Assembly: GCA_963740315.1 (NCBI GenBank)
Contig: CAVUDP010000001.1
Coordinates: 551,003-583,002 of the forward strand
DNA length: 32,000 nucleotides
Reading direction: 5' to 3'
Source: an uncultured cyanobacterium
GTDB lineage: Bacteria > Cyanobacteriota > Cyanobacteriia > Cyanobacteriales > Nostocaceae
Part shown: positions 16,901-24,723 of the stretch, piece after piece
Numbering within the stretch: position 1 is the stretch's first letter
Layout: each line of letters starts with the position of its first letter
Notes under the pieces: generated by a model
What the model was told of the DNA's origin: nothing
What the model saw: only the letters and a program-made list of their open reading frames with translations
Databases searched by the model: none
Made by a program: the position numbers and the translations under genes

Positions 16901-17110
16901 CGCAGCCACCGCAAGATTTGTTAATACCAACTGAATGGCAAAAGCTAGGATAATACCGGAAATCAAAGCGATAAAAAACTTCGGTCCGGAAAAAGCAACG
17001 GAAGCATCTGCTGGCGTTATGGGTTGCGGTGGTTCTACTAAAATCGGAGCCTGAGCTATCCAAGTCATAGACTTAGATAGCAAAAGCGTTATGTACGTAC
17101 TTTCAATCAT
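13922..17110 (-). CDS. Large membrane-anchored protein with seven tandem helical repeats of roughly 100 aa (function unknown)
   Basis: 1062 aa. The N-terminal roughly 200 aa have about 3 hydrophobic helices and a Ser/Gly/Asp-rich loop, and the C-terminus has a TM helix (AAWWLFGTAVVSGLFSAIAGALAVA). The repeats follow xxYLRNTGKxELNPxGIxRDxxxLxxDPxxGxxALRxRLSxxDRxTLVxLLxQRxDxSExxxNxxxDxV. A GGAG-like RBS (agaggaag) precedes the ATG. Confidence 0.85.
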   Translation of the reverse strand: MIESTYITLLLSKSMTWIAQAPILVEPPQPITPADASVAFSGPKFFIALISGIILAFAIQLVLTNLAVAAGISFLGSSSNSDSGSSSSHNNDDSESLGSTISKIGTAVGLGTLISVTLSLFVACFLAVKLSLLSLDLGVGAILGLVIWAAYFCLLVWVSSTTVGSLIGNVVNAATSGLQTIMGTATAALGAKAVNRQVVATAEAAASAVRNEIGNAIDPESIKENLEDYLDTVRPKELDVQSIRKEFENLLSDASLQSVAGAAELRNIDKQKFVELVSSRTDLSKKEVKRIADTLYDVWKQTVGSSQGSSGGGGNGLGELVSYLKSVAPGQSKTDELEAKLDRAMSEMRSQKQSGNAGQSSQQSAGGPVQETIQQALTTLGGVVMGRADLSDLDVEKILSTITSAKDKATEQADKIGLPTASQSFSTIRADVENYLHNTYAWQLSNEKVEQEFRDVIYDPAADPGTVRRELEKLDRSDFVSILKQRGLLTQTEIKQIADRLEMVRKAVLVQARADEEKEIVEDLQRRVESYLLVTPKSSLNAEGIKQDFKPIVEDGDADYETLAMRLSRFERGQMRSILAQRNDISSGEIDPILDELEKQRDEALVESKGLADQAKYQAESLWLNLESYLRNTGKGELNPDAIRGELKTLLQDPQAGMSAIRSRLSRFDRDTLVQLLNQRQDLSEDQINETVDSVEHSWNSVRHAPGKIVDKAQAEYDNVTTTIADYLRNTGKSELNPDGIQRDINKLFENPQEGAVALRRRLSQVDRDTLVKLLSQRRDMSEDEVNQVIDSVQSSIRQVIRAPRRMITRTQERAQGFQTYLEEYLRGTGKQELNPEGIKRDLNLLLNDPRVGIDSLGDRLSHFDRSTIAALLKIRGDMSNQEAEQIADSIMSVREQFVAQVRGIERRIQDTIDGVFDNIRNYLNGLERPELNYDGIKRDVRELFHDPQAGFDALRGRLSSFNRETYVALMSSRDDISEHDANKVIDQIENARNTVLRRAERIQEEAQRRLEEVKHQAQKQAEETRKAAASAAWWLFGTAVVSGLFSAIAGALAVASNVPLD

Positions 17111-17636
17111 CCTAATAACTTCCTCTAGGTTAACTTTTGGTGTGGGGAGAACAAAAACTTAAAATAATGCAAAAAGCAAAAATTGACTTTGTTTATTCAT
17201 GCAATACCCGTCTCTTGAGCTTAGAATCCAGCAATATAGTCCTTCAAAGCATCCCTCTCAAGTGAGAAAAATCCCTTCAACTGCCTCCAGCGTTAGATAG
17301 AAGTTTTTCGATAATGCTTTATTACCTGTAATTAAATAAGCAGCAAACTTTCTAGGTTCTACTTAAATACTTACTATTTTAAACTTGCGAAAGCTATGGT
17401 ACGACTTGTTTGCATTTTATTTTTAACAATATTTAAGTGGCAATATTAATATCATTTGTTAAGCATCAAGTCACATTTTCTTAACATATGTTCATAATTA
17501 AACTTTTTATCACCCTCTTTAGGTAGATTTATCAGGGTAAAGAAATGTAACGAGTTTGTGCCTTTAGGAAGAAACAGGTTTTTCTGTGAATCGTTACATT
17601 AGAAACAAGAAACAAATACAACCGCAATTATTAATT

Positions 17637-17840
17637 ATGCAATCTCCAACAAAAACCGATTTACCACCAGTAGCACCTGCATACAACGGCAAAGACCGCA
17701 ACGCTTTTCTTTTTGGCTTCAATCCTCAAGCTGAACTATGGAACGGACGTTTAGCAATGATTGGTTTTGTAGCTTACCTAGCATGGGATTTGGCTGGATA
17801 TAGTGTAGTTCGCGATATCCTCCACCTTGTTAAATACTAA
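17637..17840 (+). CDS. hli: High-light-inducible protein (HLIP, CAB/ELIP/HLIP superfamily, one-helix protein)
   Basis: Contains the chlorophyll-binding helix motif AELWNGRLAMIGFVAYLAWD. The ORF track starts at GTG 17586 (84 aa). The ATG at 17637 gives a 67-aa product of typical HLIP size. Confidence 0.85.
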   Translation: MQSPTKTDLPPVAPAYNGKDRNAFLFGFNPQAELWNGRLAMIGFVAYLAWDLAGYSVVRDILHLVKY

Positions 17841-17879
17841 TATTTAATTTATAGCAAGAGATAAGAATAAATAAATGTA

Positions 17880-17907
17880 GAGACTTTGCGATCGCGAAGT
17901 CTCTTTT
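17880..17907 (+). terminator. Rho-independent terminator after hli, built around a HIP1 site
   Basis: gagactttGCGATCGCgaagtctc hairpin followed by TTTT. Confidence 0.65.
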
Positions 17908-17922
17908 AATTTGTGTACTTAA

Positions 17923-18040
17923 TAGACATCTCCGGTTAGGAAAAAGACCTCTCTCCAAACCTCTGTGGGCATCGGAGTTGCGGCTTAATTTTCCCCCTTC
18001 CCGCTTTTAGGAAGGGGGGTAGGGGGGTTAGGTTTCTTTG
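17923..18040. mobile_element. MITE family B, partial copy (left TIR present, right TIR missing)
   Basis: tagacatctccgg...aaaaagacctctctccaaacctct...ttcccccttccc...ggaaggggggtaggggggttaggttt aligns with the full copy at 24542..24723. Confidence 0.5.
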
Positions 18041-18113
18041 TAAATACAAATACAAAAAATTTATTGGCTGTAGTTTTATTAACAGTTATCTGAGAAAATA
18101 TAGAAAATGGTTT

Positions 18114-18830
18114 TCAATCCCCTACCGCAACTGTAGGTATATCAGCTTCAGCAGGATTTTTAGCCAACTTACCATCTTCCATATATATAATGCGATCGGC
18201 TATATCCAAAATCCGATTATCATGCGTTACCAACAAAATCGTACAGCCTTGTTCCTTCGCCAAGCCTTGCATTAAATTCACCACATCTCGACCAGATTTT
18301 TTATCAAGCGCCGCAGTTGGTTCATCTGCCAATACAATCTTGGGATGATCCACCAAAGCTCTGGCGATCGCTACTCTTTGTTTTTGCCCACCAGATAAAT
18401 CATCTGGGTAATAACCGATCCGATTTCCCAAACCAACTAAATCGAGCATATCAACCGAACGGGTATGCATTTCTTTAGGTGAAATATTTCCATGTACTTC
18501 CAAACCCATTCGGACATTCTGTACTGCCGTCAAACTTTCATGTAAATTATGTGCCTGAAAAATATAACCGTTATTGCGTCGCGCTCGTACTAATTGTTTA
18601 GGTTTAGCACCACAAAGTTCTTTTCCCAACACCTGCAAACTCCCCTCCTGAGCCGATCGCAACCCACCAATCAAAGTAAGCAGCGTAGTTTTACCAGAAC
18701 CAGAAGGACCAGTCATAATAATAATATCACCAGCATTTATTTCTAAACTAATATCAAATAATACCTGTTTACGAAGTTGACCTTTTCCGAAAAAATGATT
18801 GAGATTGCGGACAGAAATAACGGAATTCAT
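18114..18830 (-). CDS. devA: DevA-family ABC transporter ATP-binding protein
   Basis: 238 aa. Walker A is GPSGSGKTT, the signature is LSGGQKQR, and Walker B is ILADEPT. Overall similarity to Anabaena DevA is strong (NLNHFFGKGQLRKQVLFDISLEINAGDIIIMTGPSGSGKTTLLTLIGGLRS...). It is the third gene of a devB-devC-devA-ordered cluster. It cannot be decided here whether this is the glycolipid exporter orthologue or a paralogue. Confidence 0.9.
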   Translation of the reverse strand: MNSVISVRNLNHFFGKGQLRKQVLFDISLEINAGDIIIMTGPSGSGKTTLLTLIGGLRSAQEGSLQVLGKELCGAKPKQLVRARRNNGYIFQAHNLHESLTAVQNVRMGLEVHGNISPKEMHTRSVDMLDLVGLGNRIGYYPDDLSGGQKQRVAIARALVDHPKIVLADEPTAALDKKSGRDVVNLMQGLAKEQGCTILLVTHDNRILDIADRIIYMEDGKLAKNPAEADIPTVAVGD

Positions 18831-18833
18831 TTA

Positions 18834-18912
18834 TTAGTTGTTAGTTGATAGTTGTTAGTTGTTAGTTGCTAATAATTAACTGATTACTGCTCACTGTTCA
18901 CTGTTCACTGTT
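18834..18912. repeat. STRR-type heptamer repeats (gttagtt-like, then cactgtt-like units) in the devC-devA spacer
   Basis: Read directly: ttagttgttagttgatagttgttagttgttagttgc ... ctgctcactgttcactgttcactgtt. Confidence 0.85.
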
Positions 18913-20092
18913 AAAACATATCTGCTGGATCTGCGGATTGAACTTTGCGAGTAGCTACAGCACCGGAAATAACACACATAATAATAGTCATTACCTGTAC
19001 TTGAATTACTCGCGCTACGGTCATGTAAAGCGGTAAGTTGGTTGCATTGCGGGTAAGTGCGTAAAGTCCGGTTGAAATTGCAGCCCCAGGAATAAAACCT
19101 AATATAGCTAGAATTATCGCTTCTTCAAAAACTACGCTTAATAAAAAGAAGTTTTTATATCCCATCGCTTTAAAAGTAGCGTATTCTTTTATATGAGCGT
19201 TAACATCGGTGGAAAGTACTTGATAAACAATAATTATTCCCACGATGAAACCCATCATTGCACCTAAACTGAAAATAAATCCGATGGGAGTATTGGTTTG
19301 CCAGTAAGCTTTTTCAAACTCAATAAATTCTTCTTTAGTTAATACTTTAATATCGTCAGCATTTCTTAAATGATATTTTAATTGCTCTGCAACTTTTTCG
19401 GGTTCGTAACCTGGTTTTAAACGAATTAAACCTAAATTTGTGCTTCCCGAATCTTGTCCGGGAAATAGTCTTAAAAAGTTTTGATCGCTGGTCATTAAAG
19501 TACCATCGGCGGCAAAAGAAGCTCCGACTTTAAACACATCAGCAATAGTCATTGTTCGTCCTTTGACTTCTGTTGTGACAGTTTGACCTTGCTTAATTTG
19601 AGCAATTACTTTGTCATATGTTCCTCTAGTTGCTTCGTCAAATAAAATGGTATCTGGTAACTTAATTGCATCAATCTTTTGATTAACTTCTGGTAAATCA
19701 AACGCTGGTTTATCGGGATTAAATCCGATAATCATTACTTGTGTCTTCAGACGAGTTTGGGGATTTCTCCAAGTCACAAGACTGTTATACATTGGTTCTG
19801 CCGTTGCGACTCCGGGTACATCCATTGCTTGATATAGTCGCCGTCGAGTAAAGGTAGACAAATCTTGTAAGTTAAGTGCTTGCGGACTCATCAGTACTAA
19901 ATCTGCCCTCAAACTATCATGCAAACGAGTAGCGCTATTAAATAATGCACTTTGAAAACCAAGCTGCATCAACATCAATAAATCTGCAAAAGCAACACCC
20001 GATAGCGCTACTAATAAACGTCCTTTTTGACGAGTTAATTGTAACCAACCTAAAGGAGTTCGTCGTTGTAATTGTTGGATAAATCCAATCAT
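18911..20092 (-). CDS. devC: DevC-family ABC exporter permease (FtsX/MacB-like fold)
   Basis: 393 aa. It has an N-terminal TM, a large periplasmic domain and three C-terminal TMs, and sits between the DevB-like and DevA-like genes. Confidence 0.88.
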   Translation of the reverse strand: MIGFIQQLQRRTPLGWLQLTRQKGRLLVALSGVAFADLLMLMQLGFQSALFNSATRLHDSLRADLVLMSPQALNLQDLSTFTRRRLYQAMDVPGVATAEPMYNSLVTWRNPQTRLKTQVMIIGFNPDKPAFDLPEVNQKIDAIKLPDTILFDEATRGTYDKVIAQIKQGQTVTTEVKGRTMTIADVFKVGASFAADGTLMTSDQNFLRLFPGQDSGSTNLGLIRLKPGYEPEKVAEQLKYHLRNADDIKVLTKEEFIEFEKAYWQTNTPIGFIFSLGAMMGFIVGIIIVYQVLSTDVNAHIKEYATFKAMGYKNFFLLSVVFEEAIILAILGFIPGAAISTGLYALTRNATNLPLYMTVARVIQVQVMTIIMCVISGAVATRKVQSADPADMF

Positions 20093-20096
20093 AATA

Positions 20097-20298
20097 ATTT
20101 TAGATTTTAGATTTTAGATTTTGGATTCAAATATTTATTAACAAATGGGAATAGGGCATTATAAAGAGTTAGGACCACCGGAGTTAGGACTACCGGAGTT
20201 TTAACCTTTAACCTTTAACCTTTAACCTTTAACCTTTAACCTTTAACCTTTAACCTTTAACCTTTAACTTTTAACCTTTAACCTTTAACCTTTAACCT
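20097..20298. repeat. Composite STRR block: (tttagat)n, a duplicated 16-bp aggaccaccggagtt unit, then about 14 copies of the heptamer cctttaa
   Basis: Read directly. The cctttaa array spans about 20202-20298 and runs into the TAA stop of devB (20298-20300). Confidence 0.95.
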
Positions 20299-21716
20299 TA
20301 TATTTCAACAACTGCTCTTACTTGTAAATTAGTAAATCTCGCTGCTTTTTCGCTGGATTCATCGTCTAATCGCACGTGAACTTCTATGACTCTTGAATCT
20401 ATATTTGTTGATGGATCGCTATTAACTACATTTTGCCGCAATACCTGCAAGCCAATTCGATCCACAATACCCTTCAATTTACCCGGTACTGCATCAGCTA
20501 AAAGTTCTACTTCTTGTCCCAAACGTATTTTGTTAACGTCGCTTTGGTAAACTTCTACTACTGCGTACATAGTGCTAGTTTGACCAATCTCGACTATTCC
20601 TTTGTTGGAAACTTTTTCCCCAGGACGAGTATTAATGTCAAATATTTGACCGCTTTGAGGGGAACGCACGTAAGCTTGTTTTAAGTTTGCTTCTGCCCGA
20701 TTCATTGCTGCTACAGCACGGTTGACTTCTGCTTGAGCAACTAATACATCTACGGGACGAACTTCTGTAACGCTTTCTAATGTTGCTTTACCTTGATTTA
20801 TCTGTTGTTCTAAAGATGATTGAATCCGCTCTAAATTAGCTTTTGCTTCTGCTACTTGCTGCTCTTTAGATGATTGAATGCGTTCTAAATTCGCTTGTGC
20901 TTCTGCTACTTGCTGTTCTTTAGAAGCTTTAATCAGCTGTAGATTTGCTCTAGCTTCCGTTAACTGCTCTTTTGCTGTTTGTAAAACTAGATTCTTGGTA
21001 TCCTTTAAAGATGCTGAAATAGCTCCTGCTTTATACAATCCTTGATAACGCTGATTTTCTAAGCGAGCATTTTCTAACTGTGCCTCTAAACGAGCAATAG
21101 TTGCTCTTTGCGCTTCTATTTCTCTAGCTCTTTCAGCTTGCAAACGAGCCACTGCTGCAAGTTGAGCTTTAGTTTCAGTACTTTTTTCAACTTGTAATCG
21201 ATTGACGGCTGCTTGTTGAGCTTTAATTTCGGTGGTTTTTTCCGCCTGTAAACGAGCAACACCAGCTTTTTGTGCGTCGATGTCTCCTGTTTTTGCGCCT
21301 GCTTTTACCTTCTTCAGATTTGCCTGAGCGACTCTTACGTTTTCTTTCGCTTCTTTCAAAGCAGCCATCAAGCGATCGCGACTATCTAAAATCGCTATTA
21401 CCTGATCTGTTTGTACTTTGTCTCCTTCCCTTACCAGCAGCTGCTCAACTCGACTTCCTTCTGCTCCCATCGCCGGAGCAGATAGCTGAATTACTTCTCC
21501 TTTGGGTTCGAGTCTTCCCAGTGCTGTCACCGTTTCTATCTGTGGAATTGCTGGAATTGGTGTTTGCGGTTTTTGTGCTACCTCTCCACCTTTAAACTTT
21601 TGCAGCGTGTAAATACTGGCTCCACCCATCGCAAAAGCCGCTACCGTCACTATTAACCGCGACGAGCGAGAAACTTCTGGAGACTGTGAGTTGTCTAATC
21701 GAAGGTCATCTAACAT
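20298..21716 (-). CDS. devB: DevB-family membrane fusion protein (HlyD-like) of the ABC exporter
   Basis: 472 aa. It has an N-terminal TM anchor, a lipoyl-like segment (GEVIQLSAP...VREGDKVQTDQVIAILD), a long Ala/Gln-rich coiled coil, and C-terminal beta-barrel motifs. It is the first gene of the devBCA-ordered cluster. Confidence 0.88.
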   Translation of the reverse strand: MLDDLRLDNSQSPEVSRSSRLIVTVAAFAMGGASIYTLQKFKGGEVAQKPQTPIPAIPQIETVTALGRLEPKGEVIQLSAPAMGAEGSRVEQLLVREGDKVQTDQVIAILDSRDRLMAALKEAKENVRVAQANLKKVKAGAKTGDIDAQKAGVARLQAEKTTEIKAQQAAVNRLQVEKSTETKAQLAAVARLQAERAREIEAQRATIARLEAQLENARLENQRYQGLYKAGAISASLKDTKNLVLQTAKEQLTEARANLQLIKASKEQQVAEAQANLERIQSSKEQQVAEAKANLERIQSSLEQQINQGKATLESVTEVRPVDVLVAQAEVNRAVAAMNRAEANLKQAYVRSPQSGQIFDINTRPGEKVSNKGIVEIGQTSTMYAVVEVYQSDVNKIRLGQEVELLADAVPGKLKGIVDRIGLQVLRQNVVNSDPSTNIDSRVIEVHVRLDDESSEKAARFTNLQVRAVVEI

Positions 21717-21767
21717 GGCATCCCAAGAAATACTGAATTTTTATTATTTCTTATTTATAATACAATT

Positions 21768-21791
21768 AAACTAAACCGACTAGTTTAGTTT
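21768..21791. promoter_or_regulatory. Perfect 9-bp inverted repeat (aaactaaac-N6-gtttagttt), candidate TetR operator in the devB/tetR divergent promoter region
   Basis: Read directly. It lies about 52 nt upstream of the devB ATG, between divergently transcribed devB and the TetR gene. Confidence 0.4.
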
Positions 21792-22026
21792 AGTTTTGCT
21801 TCTGATAGGTTTCACGGATGCACGAACAGGTAAGTATAAACTTAGTCTATTTTTGACAGCAAATCTATAACGGTTTTATGCGGAAAATATACATATTTTT
21901 AGTAAATAGAGAAACTATAGAAAATAATATTTTATGTTAGGTATGTATGCCTACTTTGTATAATTTTCCGTTCCGTTTGTTTTTACTTTATCCCCATGCG
22001 ATCGCTCAACTAAAAATAAGTCAAAA

Positions 22027-22644
22027 ATGAAACTATTGAAACTTAGCGAAACTCACACCGAAAATTCAAAAGACAAAGTAGAGCAAATCCTACAAGGAGC
22101 GATGCAGGAATTTTTGGTGCATGGCTACGCTGGTACGAGCATGGATAAAGTAGCAGCGTCGGGAGGTGTTTCAAAAGCAACTGTCTACAGCTACTTTCAA
22201 GATAAACAAGGACTTTTTAAAGCGCTGGTAGAAAGATTAGCAAAAGAAAGATTTCAATCAGTTTTTGGAACTGAGGATTTAGTTGGAGAACCAAAAGTTG
22301 TACTGCACGAGCTAGTAGTTAAAGCATTAAATGAGATGCTCCTCGATGACGAGTATATGGCATTTATGCGGGTATTAATTGGAGAATCGGGGCGTTTTCC
22401 AGAAATGGCTCAATTTTGTGTTGCCAGCTTAGTAAAACCTGCTATAGATACTCTTCACCATTATTTATCATCTCATCCCGAACTAAATATATCCGATCCA
22501 GAAGCTACAGCAAGAATTATCATAGGTTCGCTAGTTCACTTTGTAATGACTCAGAAAATGATGCACGGTGCGGATATTTTACCAATGGAAAGTCATCGTT
22601 TAACAGATAGTTTGACAGATTTATTGTTAGGAATTAGGAGTTAG
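22027..22644 (+). CDS. TetR/AcrR-family transcriptional regulator
   Basis: 205 aa with an N-terminal TetR HTH (ILQGAMQEFLVHGYAGTSMDKVAASGGVSKATVYSYFQDKQGLF). It is divergent from the exporter operon. Confidence 0.9.
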   Translation: MKLLKLSETHTENSKDKVEQILQGAMQEFLVHGYAGTSMDKVAASGGVSKATVYSYFQDKQGLFKALVERLAKERFQSVFGTEDLVGEPKVVLHELVVKALNEMLLDDEYMAFMRVLIGESGRFPEMAQFCVASLVKPAIDTLHHYLSSHPELNISDPEATARIIIGSLVHFVMTQKMMHGADILPMESHRLTDSLTDLLLGIRS

Positions 22645-22700
22645 GAATTAGGAGTTAAGAGTTAAGAGTTAGGAGTAATTTAACCTTTAACCTTTAAACT
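22628..22700. repeat. STRR block (aggagtt/aagagtt-type units, then cctttaa units) between convergent genes
   Basis: Read directly. It overlaps the last codons of both the TetR ORF (..LGIRS*) and the HD ORF (..LKVKG*). Confidence 0.9.
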
Positions 22701-23372
22701 TGTTTCTATTTCTGTTCTTAGATTATTTCGTGCAATTTTCTCTTTTGTCTGCTGCATTAATGGAGTAAAGTAAATATTTTCCCGTTGTAAGAAATTTTGT
22801 AATATTCGTGTTCTAGCTGCAAAGTATTCTGCTTCCGGTACCCAGATGTATTCTTGACGAATTGCCTGAGTATATTTACTGTATTTATCGGGATTGCTGC
22901 CTAGTATTGCTAAATCTGCATCTAATAATACTTGAGCGTTGCGATAAGCCGGAGGCTTGACGCTCCGCGTAACGCTAGTTTTAACTTGATGATTTTTGGT
23001 TGTTAGAATCAAGCGTTTAACGTTTTTAATCACATCAGACGGAATTGATAACGACGAAAGAACGGATACAGCGTATTCAGCGCTTTTTTCTTCGTTATCT
23101 TTTGAAGAGGTATCGTAAACTATGTCATGAAACCAAGCAGCAAGTTTAACAGTTTTGGGTTCAGAATTTTGAGTTTGAGATTCTAATATTTGAATTACTT
23201 CTAAAACGCGATCGATGTGTTCTAAAGTATGATAGTAGCGATTTGGACTTGAGTAACTTTCAACTATTTGAGTAAAAGTTTTTTCCGCCGCAGCTTGGTT
23301 AATATCAAAACTTTGCAGTAATTGCCGCCAATCCTGGAATAATTTATCTGTAATTTCATAGGAATTGGGCAT
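22680..23372 (-). CDS. HD-domain metal-dependent phosphohydrolase (COG4339-like)
   Basis: 230 aa with YHTLEHIDRV and AAWFHDIVYD motifs (H...HD) characteristic of this HD subfamily. Confidence 0.8.
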   Translation of the reverse strand: MPNSYEITDKLFQDWRQLLQSFDINQAAAEKTFTQIVESYSSPNRYYHTLEHIDRVLEVIQILESQTQNSEPKTVKLAAWFHDIVYDTSSKDNEEKSAEYAVSVLSSLSIPSDVIKNVKRLILTTKNHQVKTSVTRSVKPPAYRNAQVLLDADLAILGSNPDKYSKYTQAIRQEYIWVPEAEYFAARTRILQNFLQRENIYFTPLMQQTKEKIARNNLRTEIETSLKVKG

Positions 23373-23478
23373 AACATATAAGAATCTAGATGATTTGCAT
23401 AGCTTTACGAAGCATTACGACATTCTTAATAATTAACTTTAACATGCAGACCTTTAACATGCAGACCTTTAACCTGAT

Positions 23479-24087
23479 TTAATTAGGTTGAAACATAAAC
23501 CAGTTTTTGACGTTTTCTAATTCTACTGTATTAGAAACACCATAACCAAAACGTTGATAATAGGCGACATTTTCTTGTGTTTGAGTATCAAGAGCAACAC
23601 CGTGAGAATCGGGATTTTGTTCTGACATTTGATGTACTTGTGAAAGAATTGCGCTACCAATCCCTTTTCTTTGACTTTGCGGATGTACACCGAGAGCGTT
23701 GATGTAGAAATGAGGAGAAGAGGGTTTATTTGCCTTTTTTAAATTAGAATACGCTTCGATTCGCATCAGAGCTTCTTCTCCAATTGCCATTGCAAATTCT
23801 TCTTCTGAAGATGTTGGTGTACTTTCAACATCGTTATTCTTTTGTTTTTGCGGGGGAGTTATAAAAGCAACTCCTTGCAATTTTCCTTCAATAAAAGCAC
23901 CTAGAAGCAAATTATCAACAATAGATTCTTCATCGCACATTGATTTTAACAAGTGTTTCATCGATTGATTATATGCATTGCCAAAGAAGTATTGCATGAG
24001 TGGATAGTTTTCAAAGGTATTGAAAAATATTTCAATAATATTTTCTGTATGTTTTGTATTTAAACGAGCGATTTGGATGTTAGACAT
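23479..24087 (-). CDS. GNAT-family N-acetyltransferase
   Basis: 202 aa with the acetyl-CoA binding motif A (LGVHPQSQRKGIGSAIL) and a C-terminal YQRFGY element. Confidence 0.8.
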   Translation of the reverse strand: MSNIQIARLNTKHTENIIEIFFNTFENYPLMQYFFGNAYNQSMKHLLKSMCDEESIVDNLLLGAFIEGKLQGVAFITPPQKQKNNDVESTPTSSEEEFAMAIGEEALMRIEAYSNLKKANKPSSPHFYINALGVHPQSQRKGIGSAILSQVHQMSEQNPDSHGVALDTQTQENVAYYQRFGYGVSNTVELENVKNWFMFQPN

Positions 24088-24327
24088 TTTTTTGAGTAAT
24101 GATATTAGATTAGATTAAATACTTGTTATTAATAGGACTTAGCAAAAAGGCACATTTTTATTGTAGGGTGTGTGACGCCGCCTCGAAAATTTGAACGTAG
24201 CAATAAGGTTTGTAGCGTCACGCACCATCAACCATTTGTGACGATATCGTAAGTCTTATAAATATTAGATTTTATAGTAGTTCCAATTATTTTTGGTAGT
24301 GCGAGCATCTTGCTCGCTAGTTATAAC

Positions 24328-24384
24328 GTAATCAGCAAGATGCAATGTAATCAGCAAGATGCAATGTAATCAGCAAGATGCAAC
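24328..24384. repeat. Tandem repeat, 19-bp unit gtaatcagcaagatgcaa[t/c] x3
   Basis: Read directly. It is preceded by the hairpin gcgagca-tct-tgctcgc. Confidence 0.85.
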
Positions 24385-24541
24385 GTAAAAAGAAACCCGG
24401 TAAAAGTCGTGAAAACGTGAATATCTCGTTGTGAAATCACAAAGAAACCGGGTTTCTGAAACTGGTGCAAGATTTGCGTTACGGCATGATTAAATCAGTA
24501 ATGTTAAAGAATATATAGTCGTGCCGCAGGACACCCTACAA

Positions 24542-24723
24542 TAGACATCTCCAGAAATGAAAAAGACCTCTCTCCAAACCTCTCTCCTACGACGAGAGAG
24601 GCTTAAGTTTCCCCCTTCCCATGACCTAAGAGGTCACGCTACGCCCTCCGTAGGGAAGGGGGGTAGGGGGTTAGGTTTTTGCGTAAAGAAGGAAACCACA
24701 TAAATTTTTTCCGGAGATGTCTA
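24542..24723. mobile_element. MITE family B, full copy (about 182 bp)
   Basis: TIRs tagacatctccagaaa and tttccggagatgtcta. Internal hairpins are cctctctcc...gagagagg and cccccttccc...gggaagggggg. Confidence 0.65.

Noticed and set aside
17586-17636. GTG start giving an 84-aa HLIP
   Set aside because: The 17-residue N-terminal extension (MNRYIRNKKQIQPQLLI) is atypical for HLIPs and overlaps the inverted-repeat motif. The ATG at 17637 gives the usual size. The longer form cannot be excluded.
20202-20298. Regular short-period repeat arrays (also at 26517-26657 and 29603-29782) that could superficially suggest CRISPR
   Set aside because: The units are 7 bp and directly abutting, with no unique spacers. 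No 25-40-bp repeat/spacer periodicity and no cas genes are present. They fit the STRR heptamer repeats known from heterocystous cyanobacteria.
21941-21954. An NtcA-like GTA-N8-TAC site (gtatgtatgcctac) upstream of the TetR gene, next to a perfect TATAAT (21959-21964)
   Set aside because: GTAN8TAC is expected by chance several times in 32 kb. Here it lies only 4 nt from the -10 box rather than the roughly 22 nt required for NtcA class II activation, so it is not supportable as an NtcA-activated promoter.
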